DNA of 52,860 bases. Source: Desulfobacteraceae bacterium (GTDB lineage Bacteria > Desulfobacterota > Desulfobacteria > Desulfobacterales > Desulfobacteraceae). The translations under genes were made by a program, and so were the position numbers. Below the pieces are notes generated by a model. That model saw only the letters and a program-made list of their open reading frames with translations, had not been told where the DNA came from and did not search any database. This document shows positions 44,342 to 52,805 of this stretch, one piece after another (the first letter of the stretch is position 1; every line of letters begins with the position of its first letter). Location: NCBI GenBank assembly GCA_029939535.1, contig JAOZST010000003.1, forward strand, positions 1 to 52,860, written 5' to 3'.

Positions 44342-45521
44342 TCAATTTCCATTTTCCACCAATTAAGTTTGCCAATGTCCCTTTGGGCCAGATCAATTAC
44401 CTGAAGTTCCCAGGCCCCTGCAAAGGTTTTGTCTTTTAAGGAAGACAAAACCTGGCCTGAATCAAATGAGGTACGGATATCATGGCCGCTTCCTCCTTCC
44501 CGGTCAACAAGGGTGATAATATCTCCTGAAGGTGATGCAATCTGTATTCTCAGGTCCTGAACATAGGTGTGGGTGATGTCCAGGCTTATTTTGATTTTTT
44601 TAATGATGCCTGGTGTAAAAAATTTAATTCGGTCTGATATCCCGTTGGGATCATTGTCAGGAATCAGCCTGGAGGGCCTGGATTCCTTTATAATGGTTTC
44701 TCCTCTCCCTTCGGGTTCCAGAGGATTGCCTGTCTCAAAAAAGATAACTTCTTTAGGTTCGGTTATATTGTAGATTTTCAGACCCGATTCCATGCCTCCC
44801 CACGCCCGTGAAGAGGGAATGGTATTCCGGGAAAGGATAAGACCTTCCCCGTTTTTGAACAAATCTGATTCATCTCCCTGGTTTCGGTTGTTTTCAAGGT
44901 TCCGTGCTCCATCCGCCTGGATCAGGGCGCATTGATAATGTTTGTCCCCAGTTCCTCCCTGCCATTCATTGGATCCAAAGATATCACAATCCTGTTGCTG
45001 GATATGGTTTTATAATATTCTTTAACCGAGCAGGAATTACCATGGGCAGTAAAATTGTCGCCATTGAGCAGTGAATCCACATGCTCCTTGGAAATCCGGG
45101 TGGTAACATCCTTGAAATTGACCAATATGGTCAAACCCCTTACCTTGCTTTCCTGGCTCAGCTGGGTCCCAGGCAGTAACCCATTGTTCCTGCCCAACGT
45201 TGCTGAAACACCCGGAGGTGGTGACTTTTTTGGTCTCATCATCTGAAATTTTTCTTCAAATTTTTTGTTGCGCACCTTTTTGTCTTCCTGGAGATGGCGT
45301 GGAATTCCTCCTGGTATGGGCTTATATGAGGGTATACCGCTGGAAATAAGATTTCCTTTTGCCGGGATGGCAAAGCAGTATATATCTTTATCTGTATCAT
45401 AAATTACTGTATACCCATCCATTGTTTCGTAACGGGCATAAAATTCGTCTCCATAACTCTCAGTTGAACCTCTTCCCCGTTTTTCTGGGGAAATGTTCTT
45501 GTTTTGCCAAGTATCAAACAC
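44329..45521 (-). pseudogene. M6 (InhA-like) metalloprotease remnant with C-terminal proprotein-convertase P-domain; catalytic core missing, two frames
   Basis: The N-terminal ORF (45521-44922) ends in ...RGLTILVNFKDV...SVKEYYKTISSNR. A second frame opens at about 45010 and runs to 44329. It reads ...CDIFGSNEWQGGTGDKHYQCALIQADGARNLENNRNQGDESDLF...TIPSSRAWGGMESGLKIYNI, followed by a P-domain (ISLDITHTYVQDLRIQIASPSGD...AGAWELQVIDLAQRDIGKLNWWKMEI). No HExxH occurs anywhere. Confidence 0.45.
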
Positions 45522-45568
45522 ATGATAGGCTTCCTTTTTATTTTAGAATTCCTTTTGTTAAATTTTTT

Positions 45569-47053
45569 TTAATTCCAGCCTGATACTTCAAATAGGATTT
45601 CGGCTGTCATATTTACCGGGCGTTTTTGAGCAAATTGAATCCGGGACCTGGCTATATTGTTTTTATCTGATTTGAATTTCAGGGGCTTTGTTGCATTGAA
45701 GCTATTGGATCCCCATCCATATCTCACCTTGAAACTTTTATCTCCTTCCACGGATGTTTCTATGATCAACCTGTCATCAAAGACAGCCTGGCCTTCATAA
45801 TATTTGTCAGGCAGGAATGTAAAATCCTTATGGTAAAGGGGGAGAATCCTGAAATGGATGGAAAATCCAAGGGATCGGCTTCTTTTATTGAGCCGGCCGG
45901 TTTTTAATAGAAAACTTGTAAACAGATGTGTTTTTTTGTTTACAAGGGTATCAGAGGATCGAAAGGATGATGAAAAAGTTTCTTTTGTTCTCTTATTTAA
46001 GGGGATGGGAAGACCCCGGATGGAAACAATGCTTTCAATGTCATAGGTGGCTGAAAGATTTTTGTTTTTTCCAGGGATCTCAATGGATAGCTTTTCAAGG
46101 CTTACCTTAACCCTGGTGTCGCCGAAAAAGAACCTTTCAAGGTTTCGGTAGCCACTTTCAGAATTGACGATTCCATAGGCACCTGAATGACTCCGGAATG
46201 TGTATGCCCTTGCAGAATTCCGTACATAGGCATTTTCAATCCGGACCAGACCATCACTTTTGGGCCCAACTACTTTCTTGGCCATCCCATAATCCTGGGA
46301 GTTGGTACCCACCAGGCAGAATACCCGATCAGGCGGGAAACAATTATTCAGGGAGTGCAAAGGCTTATTTTTATCCTTTTCTTTGTCCAGGGAAAGTATT
46401 TTTCGCATTCGTTTTTCACCAAAAACATCGGCATTATTGATGGCCAGAAAATCCCTGAGCCCTTCAAGCCAGCCAAATCCTTTTCTAAATTCTATTCCAC
46501 CGTGGGGAGTGGCATAGGTAAATAATTTGTCCACTCCTTTTTTTGTCCAGTCCCTTGATTTTTTCCCTTCCAGATCCGGAATATCTCTGTTTTGAAGATA
46601 ACAGCGGCAGACAAGGCCACCCATGGAGTGGGCCACCAGATAAACCCTGAAATCATTGTTATCTTCCTGTCCTGTGGCCTTTTTAACATGGAGAATAAAT
46701 TGTCTGAGTTTTTCAGCGTGGAATTCTATTTCCTTGCGTTCTCCAGTGCCCAGATCTTTTGAAACCACATCATAATACCTGAAAATCCAGATGGATCTCG
46801 GACTGACCGGTCCCAGGGGCATGATTTGGCCGTCATGGAAAGCATCCTCATAAAGATGATCCTTCATAAGCCGGATAAGAGGAGATTCAAAGACATAGGG
46901 CTCTACGGAACCCGAATAGGTCTGCCGATATTTTGTTGTTCCCAGGTTAAATCCCATATACGGGGTGGCAACCGTATCCTCAACTGCGTTTTGAGTTCCG
47001 GCATACCCCCGGACATAAATGATTGGATAATACGGTGGTTTCAGCATTGGCAA
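45569..47053 (-). CDS. Alpha/beta-hydrolase (lipase/PGAP1-like) with an uncharacterised C-terminal domain of about 200 aa
   Basis: 494 aa. Nucleophile elbow VAHSMGG preceded by YPIIYVRGYAG, then TPHGG and SDGLV segments consistent with a Ser-Asp-His fold. No signal peptide. Confidence 0.7.
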   Translation of the reverse strand: MPMLKPPYYPIIYVRGYAGTQNAVEDTVATPYMGFNLGTTKYRQTYSGSVEPYVFESPLIRLMKDHLYEDAFHDGQIMPLGPVSPRSIWIFRYYDVVSKDLGTGERKEIEFHAEKLRQFILHVKKATGQEDNNDFRVYLVAHSMGGLVCRCYLQNRDIPDLEGKKSRDWTKKGVDKLFTYATPHGGIEFRKGFGWLEGLRDFLAINNADVFGEKRMRKILSLDKEKDKNKPLHSLNNCFPPDRVFCLVGTNSQDYGMAKKVVGPKSDGLVRIENAYVRNSARAYTFRSHSGAYGIVNSESGYRNLERFFFGDTRVKVSLEKLSIEIPGKNKNLSATYDIESIVSIRGLPIPLNKRTKETFSSSFRSSDTLVNKKTHLFTSFLLKTGRLNKRSRSLGFSIHFRILPLYHKDFTFLPDKYYEGQAVFDDRLIIETSVEGDKSFKVRYGWGSNSFNATKPLKFKSDKNNIARSRIQFAQKRPVNMTAEILFEVSGWN

Positions 47054-47131
47054 TCTCCTTTGGTAAATTATGGTTTTTGTTTACAGTCCAATACCCAGGC
47101 ATGATGTTCAGTATCAATGCCCGAAATCTGT

Positions 47132-47938
47132 TTAATTATTAATGCGGAAGATATAGCTGCCGATCCCCAGGCCGGATGTGGGCGTTAAGGTGTTTTCCGA
47201 ATCTAAAAGCTCTAAAGGGAAATTTTTCTCAAGCCAGGATCTTAATTTTTTAAAATCATATCTCTTAGATGAAAATATACATTGATTGATCTGCCTGTCA
47301 TTGAACTTAAGGGAAGTTGCACCATCAACCTCGCTTTTGCCAAGTGCTAAAGAAATTCTCTTCTCCAGATGGCTCTTTAGTGTGGAAAATGATTCTGCTG
47401 TTCTCATTGCCAGGCCGCCTGCCAGCAGGTATTCAATGTAATTGGACCTGAGCAAAGCTTTTTTTTCCCCGAGAATGGAATTATCAAAAACACCCGTTGC
47501 CACGGACAAGAAAAGATAAGCTTCCCCTGTTGCAAGGTTGCACAACTGGGATATCAGTTTAAATTCTCCAATATCACTATTTCCAATGGCATTTCCAAGG
47601 ATGGAAAAAACGGTTTTCCCCGAAATAGAATCTCCAAGGGTTGTTTTAATAAAATCATATCCGCCCTCAAAGTCTGCATTAATGGCCAGGGGTATGGAAT
47701 ATTGACCTTCCATATGATTGCAGGCCATTTTCAGGAGAACAGGAGATATATCAATGGGAATGTAGTGAACATCATGGCCTTTTACAACGGCATCAAGAAG
47801 ATCAAGATCTGTTGTGCTTCCGCCTGGTCCAAAGGAGACAAAGGCATCAAATGGGGTGATTGGTTTTAAAAGCAGGGCATAGGACCGGGTTAATGCGGGA
47901 AATTTTTCAAGGGCTTTGTCATCGGAAACCCTTGAAAT
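47132..47938 (-). pseudogene. EgtD-like (Methyltransf_33-type) SAM-dependent methyltransferase, interrupted by an in-frame TGA and lacking a usable start
   Basis: The frame of the track ORF (47132-47728) stays open upstream to 47938. It encodes motif I (AFVSFGPGGSTTDLDLLDAVVKGHDVHYIPIDISPVLL) and later FSILGNAIGNS. A TGA at 47941-47939 is in the same frame. Upstream of it the frame continues (…GKIPADWCTRAIFSNLDGSNA) to a TAA near 48088 without any ATG, GTG or TTG. Confidence 0.5.
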
Positions 47939-48033
47939 TCAGGCATTGCTGCCGTCTAAATTGCTGAAGATCGCACGGGTGCACCAGTCTGCTGGTATCT
48001 TGCCTGGTGAAACTCTGTCCAGGGCTGGATCAA

Positions 48034-48342
48034 TTAATTGTTTAATAAATGGATCAGGTTCTTGTAACTTTTGTGTTTTAGCTTTTGATTAGGGGATTTT
48101 AAGATTTTATCTGATAATTCTTGAATATGAACAATTTTCTTTGCTATTAAATTTTGCATTGGAACTGGATCCCCTCCAGCCGCATATGAATTATGGCGTA
48201 TTGCCTTGATAAGGTTATCAAATGCAGCTTCTGATCTGGAATCTATTGTTTGATTAAGTAGATCAATATTTTCTTTTGTTAAGACCTCTGATTCGTCCAT
48301 TAAATCGTGGATTTTGTCTAAGCTCTCCTTTGTTTTTTTCAT
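48034..48342 (-). CDS. Hypothetical helical protein, possibly the detached N-terminal part of the downstream methyltransferase gene
   Basis: 102-aa ORF. Its last 55 nt or so overlap, in a frame offset by one nt, the open upstream extension of the methyltransferase frame. Confidence 0.35.
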   Translation of the reverse strand: MKKTKESLDKIHDLMDESEVLTKENIDLLNQTIDSRSEAAFDNLIKAIRHNSYAAGGDPVPMQNLIAKKIVHIQELSDKILKSPNQKLKHKSYKNLIHLLNN

Positions 48343-48409
48343 TGAGTGTTCTGATTCGATTTTAGTTGTATGGAAGGTGATTAAAATATTTTCCTTGTGT
48401 TTTTCCAGT

Positions 48410-49132
48410 TCAATTAATTTTTTTGAATATTCTTTTGTAATTGTTCAGAGCTTTAAATGGATCGGGGGAATGCATAAGATGATTGTCCGGGTTGAATTGA
48501 CAATCAAGGTCAAATCTGGCATTTAATTGATAGAATAAAGTTTTGGCCCACCAATCTTTTGGGGTGTTGCCATAGTCAGAGGTGTTTTTTTTAGCCCTGG
48601 AATAGTTAAAGCTTTGACCCAGGCAGAGCCTGTTATCTTTATAGATTTTTTTTAGGGCATCAGGATCTATTTCAGCATATTCATCTTTCCGGTAAACTAA
48701 AAAGAAATTTTCCTTGTAAAGATCGGCAAGGTTCTCCAAATCATTTTGTATTTTTTTTTGGCGTGGGCCGTGGGCATAGATATTGCTGGATAAAATGGCC
48801 ATCTCAATTTTTTTTTGGTCTAAAAGGTCGATGTTTTCCCGGGGACCTGTCGTGATTTTCACTGCAAAACTTATATTATTTATTTTATTTTCGTTAAAGT
48901 CATCGTTAAGTTTTGTTACCAGGTCCATACCCCTTAAAAAATATTCATGGTTATGATTTCCTGTTCCAAGCCTGATAATTTTTGTTTTTTGAGGGATGTC
49001 GCCAATAGGATATATTATTGATAGCAGGGTCAGAATCGATGTCAGGACAATACAGAAAACAATTATCCATTGATGCTGAAATAATGATATCATTATTTTC
49101 TGAAATTGAGATTTAATCATAAATGGAGTCAT
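48410..49132 (-). CDS. Hypothetical membrane-anchored protein with a TAXI/PhnD-like N-terminal lobe
   Basis: N-terminal TM helix (WIIVFCIVLTSILTLLSII). The segment IIRLGTGNHNHEYFLRGMDLVTKL...ITTGPRENIDLLDQKKIEMAILSS resembles TAXI-type solute receptors, but the protein is shorter than typical. AT-rich. Confidence 0.4.
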   Translation of the reverse strand: MTPFMIKSQFQKIMISLFQHQWIIVFCIVLTSILTLLSIIYPIGDIPQKTKIIRLGTGNHNHEYFLRGMDLVTKLNDDFNENKINNISFAVKITTGPRENIDLLDQKKIEMAILSSNIYAHGPRQKKIQNDLENLADLYKENFFLVYRKDEYAEIDPDALKKIYKDNRLCLGQSFNYSRAKKNTSDYGNTPKDWWAKTLFYQLNARFDLDCQFNPDNHLMHSPDPFKALNNYKRIFKKIN

Positions 49133-49366
49133 GGGTAACAATATAGACTTTGCAGTATCGTTAGTTTTTGCACAGCTTCGCCTTTTCGTTTACATGGATG
49201 GAAAAGGAGATTTGAGACAATAGAGGGCAAGGATCGGTAGCAGTTTCTGTAGTAAAAAATCGTAATTCAGGAGAAGTGATGAAGAGCGATGAAAGAACTA
49301 TATAAAGTATTTTTCAGAAAAGCAATCAGGAAAACCCTGATTTTTGGAAAAAACTGAGATTAAAAG

Positions 49367-49407
49367 ACAAACAACCTGCCTAAAAATGGTTTGGACAGGT
49401 TGTTTGT
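49367..49407 (-). terminator. Rho-independent terminator of the TRAP operon
   Basis: On the minus strand, 8 nt after the dctM stop: a 12-bp stem acaaacaacctg/caggttgtttgt with a 17-nt loop, followed by cttttaatctcagtttttt. Confidence 0.55.
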
Positions 49408-49414
49408 GTGAAGA

Positions 49415-50731
49415 TCAGTACATGAGGTTGGGCAGAAACAGAATGATTTTGGGAAAAATGATCAGGATGATGACCCCCACGATAACGGCAAGGAGAAAGG
49501 GGAAAATACCCTTGAAAATTTTTTCCAGGGGAATTTCATGGTCCAATACATTTTTGGCCACTCCATAGACCACGTAGACATTTATTCCCACAGGCGGGGT
49601 GATTACCCCCATTTCTGTAACCATTACAATGATGATCCCAAACCAGATGGGGTCAAATCCCAGTTCCATGACCACCGGAAAAAAGATTGGAACGGTCAGG
49701 GTGACAAAGGCCAGGGCATCCATGAAACATCCTCCGAAAAAATAGATCATGATGATGACACCCATGACAAGTACCGGGGACATTTCAAGTCCTCCCACCC
49801 AGCCTGCAATTTCAAAGGGAATTCTTGTTACTGCCAGGAATTTGCCGAAAATCACGGCACCGGCAATGAGCATAAGTACCATGCAGGAGGTCCTGAGAGT
49901 CTCCATCAGGGATTTTACAAATCCCTTCCAGGAGATCTGCCGTCGGACAATGGCAATGAGCAGTACTCCAAAAGCACCGATTGCTGCGGCTTCCGTGGGA
50001 GTGAAAAGACCTATGAAGATCCCGCCAATGACCAGGGTGAAAACAATGAGGGTCTCGCCAAGACCCAGAAGGGCTTTAAATTTTTCGGTCCAGGAAAAAT
50101 GTTCGCCTGGAGGGCCTTGTTCCGGGTTGATCCTGCATCGGATATAGATACACAGGATAAAGAGCAGGGTTACCAGAAGGGCAGGAAAAATACCAGCCAC
50201 AAACAGGGCACCAATGGATTGTTCTGTGAGTATCCCGTAAATGATCAACACAACGGAAGGTGGCATGATCATTCCAATACCTCCCCCCGAGGCCACGGAT
50301 CCTGTTGCAAGCTCGTCATCATAATTATAGCGTTTCATTTCCGGCAGGCCCACCGTGGCCATGGTGGCTGCAGTGGCAGGGCTGGACCCGCATACCGCTC
50401 CAAAGGCTGTGCATGCTGTAACCGTTGCCATGGCAAGGCCTCCTCTTACGCTGCCCAGGAACTTATATCCCGCGTCATAGAGGCGTTTGCTGATGCCTGA
50501 GTTGAAACCCAGCTGGCCCATGAGGATGAACAGGGGAATAGTTGTCAGATCGTAGGAGGCAAAAGTTTCGTAAACATTCCTGGATAACAGGACAAGGCCG
50601 GCATTGGGGGTGATCATAACGGAAAATCCCACAAAGCCAACCGTAGCCATGACAAATGCCACAGGCATCCTTGTCATGAACATGAGAATCATAATTATAA
50701 TGCCGATGATGCCAATAAAAGTCGGACTCAT
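49415..50731 (-). CDS. dctM: TRAP transporter large permease subunit
   Basis: 438-aa polytopic protein with the typical DctM N-terminus and length. 4-nt overlap with the small subunit gene. Confidence 0.9.
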   Translation of the reverse strand: MSPTFIGIIGIIIMILMFMTRMPVAFVMATVGFVGFSVMITPNAGLVLLSRNVYETFASYDLTTIPLFILMGQLGFNSGISKRLYDAGYKFLGSVRGGLAMATVTACTAFGAVCGSSPATAATMATVGLPEMKRYNYDDELATGSVASGGGIGMIMPPSVVLIIYGILTEQSIGALFVAGIFPALLVTLLFILCIYIRCRINPEQGPPGEHFSWTEKFKALLGLGETLIVFTLVIGGIFIGLFTPTEAAAIGAFGVLLIAIVRRQISWKGFVKSLMETLRTSCMVLMLIAGAVIFGKFLAVTRIPFEIAGWVGGLEMSPVLVMGVIIMIYFFGGCFMDALAFVTLTVPIFFPVVMELGFDPIWFGIIIVMVTEMGVITPPVGINVYVVYGVAKNVLDHEIPLEKIFKGIFPFLLAVIVGVIILIIFPKIILFLPNLMY

Positions 50732-51222
50732 TTTGTTTTCAACTCTCTTAATTTCTTAATATTATCAAGGATTGTCTCCAGAATGGTTATAGAGAAAATC
50801 AGCATGCCGAATGCCAGCAGATATACAATATAATAGATGGGAAATTCCAGGTTCATGGAGACTTCACCGGTTTCCTGTATGTCCATTGCATAGAGAAACA
50901 TCTGCCATGTAATCAGGGAAAAAAGGACAAGGCTCAAACTTCTGGTGAAAATATCGATCCAGAGCTGGGTTTTTTCCGACAGGAGTCGTACCAGTATTTC
51001 AACTCCTACATGGCCTTCCATCCTATAGGTATAGGGCAGGGCTGCCGCCACCACAATGGTTGCCAAAAAACCCACCAATTCCACTGAACCGAATATGGGA
51101 TACTTGAAAAACCGGCCAATGACATCCACAACCGTTAAAAGCATCATGCCGGTCAGGGCAATTGCACCAATCATTTTCAAAACTCCTGAAAACCTGTCCA
51201 GAGCCGAAAAAATTATTTTCAT
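50728..51222 (-). CDS. dctQ: TRAP transporter small permease subunit
   Basis: 164 aa, 4 TM helices, positioned between the DctP and DctM genes. Confidence 0.8.
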   Translation of the reverse strand: MKIIFSALDRFSGVLKMIGAIALTGMMLLTVVDVIGRFFKYPIFGSVELVGFLATIVVAAALPYTYRMEGHVGVEILVRLLSEKTQLWIDIFTRSLSLVLFSLITWQMFLYAMDIQETGEVSMNLEFPIYYIVYLLAFGMLIFSITILETILDNIKKLRELKTK

Positions 51223-51278
51223 TGGGAATCCTGATTTATTTTATTTTTAGGTTAATTGCTTTATTCAATTGTTTTACT

Positions 51279-51308
51279 AAATGACCGGCCAAAGAAGGTC
51301 GGTCATTT
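51279..51308. other. Intercistronic stem-loop between the TRAP binding-protein gene and the permease genes
   Basis: aaatgaccggcc / ggtcggtcattt forms a 12-bp stem with one mismatch and a 6-nt loop (aaagaa). Confidence 0.5.
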
Positions 51309-51336
51309 ATTTTATTTTAAAGTATAAGATTTATTC

Positions 51337-52332
51337 TTACATATTGGATTTGATGAAATCTACTACTGCTTTCCCATCAATGCCTTTTTGGGCGGCTTTT
51401 TCGATGTATCCATCAATAACAGATTCTACAGCTGCTTCCCATTTTTTAGATTCTGCTTCGGAAAGACTGATCACTTTCCCACCTTTGGATTTAAAAAATT
51501 CCATGCCGAGCTTGTCGGCATCGTCCCAGGCCACACCGTGCTTTACAGACCATTCAGCATTAATTTCCTTGATAGTTTTTTGCTGTGCAGGAGTTAGTTT
51601 GTTCCATTTGTCTTTGTTCATGAATACTGCAAATGTGGTGGTATAGGCAGTGGAAAAATTTTGGGTCATATAGTGAACCACTTCACCCAGTTTCCAACCT
51701 TTGTTGGATTCTACTGGATGGGAAGAACCGTCCACAACTCCTTTCTGGAGCATCTGATAGCATTCTCTCATGGATTTGCCAACAGGAGAAGCACCCAGGG
51801 CTGCCTGAACAAGACCGCTGGTCCCGGTTCCCCTGAGTTTTAGTCCTTTAAGGTCATTCAGGTTGGCTACTGCTTTATCCCTTGTATGTATCAATCCAGG
51901 CCCATGACCATGGAGGAACATCATCTTGGTATCATTGAATTCCTTGGGGTGAAATTTGTTTAATACGGCATTGGCAACTTTGGTAGCCTGTACACCGCTC
52001 TTGTAGCCTAAAGGAAGATCTATTGCCTGGGCAACGGGAAAACGTCCCCTGGAATAGGCAAGGACTGTCATGCCGATATCTGCAATTCCCTGTACAACGC
52101 CGTCATAGGTCTGGGGAGCTTTGGTCAAAGTGCCGGCCGGAAAATATTTAATAATAATTTCACCGCCTGTTCTTTTTTCTACTTCCTTGCACCAGCTTTC
52201 AGCCAGCTTGCTTTGGATGTGGGTGGGAGGGAAAAAGTTTGCATAGGTGAGCTGGGTTTTTGCCGATGCATTTACTGCAAACAATGCGCAAATGCCAAAA
52301 ATCAAAAAAGCGTGAATGGAAATCCTCTTCAT
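51337..52332 (-). CDS. dctP: TRAP transporter substrate-binding protein (DctP family)
   Basis: 331 aa. Signal peptide MKRISIHAFLIFGICALFAVNASA. Pattern YANFFPPTH...LRGTGTS... is typical of DctP-type SBPs. Confidence 0.9.
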   Translation of the reverse strand: MKRISIHAFLIFGICALFAVNASAKTQLTYANFFPPTHIQSKLAESWCKEVEKRTGGEIIIKYFPAGTLTKAPQTYDGVVQGIADIGMTVLAYSRGRFPVAQAIDLPLGYKSGVQATKVANAVLNKFHPKEFNDTKMMFLHGHGPGLIHTRDKAVANLNDLKGLKLRGTGTSGLVQAALGASPVGKSMRECYQMLQKGVVDGSSHPVESNKGWKLGEVVHYMTQNFSTAYTTTFAVFMNKDKWNKLTPAQQKTIKEINAEWSVKHGVAWDDADKLGMEFFKSKGGKVISLSEAESKKWEAAVESVIDGYIEKAAQKGIDGKAVVDFIKSNM

Positions 52333-52805
52333 TTTGTTGACCTCCTAAAAAAGTTTGTAATGGGGCCAAGATTTACTTGGACCTGTGTTGGGAAAACGGG
52401 GGATACCTATATTTTATCGGGGACCTCACCTCCTTTCCATACTTAAATTAAATAGTGTTACAATGTAACTATAAATCAGCTATAATAAACAACTATATTT
52501 AAAAGAAAGAAACCCTGTCAAGCAAAAACTTGATTTTGAAAAAGAAAAAAATTTTAGATATGGTTGATAGATCAACTAAGAATTTGGAATAAATAGATTT
52601 GAACTATTATAACCGGATGGAAATAGATCCTCCCCGGCCATAGGATGGCATTGTTTTCCTCTTTGGTGATGAACAAAACAGATTCCAATATAGTGGAGTT
52701 AAATTTTGAAAATTAATTTGCCATGCCCTAGAATATCTTGTACCTTGGTTTTTATTGAAATTCACCAGAATTTTCATGGGGTATTGACAAGATTTCACAT
52801 ATAGC

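Noticed and set aside
52607-52798. A 63-aa minus-strand ORF in the long region upstream of dctP.
   Set aside because: No RBS, odd composition, and it sits in an AT-rich regulatory or repeat-containing spacer. It is probably not coding.
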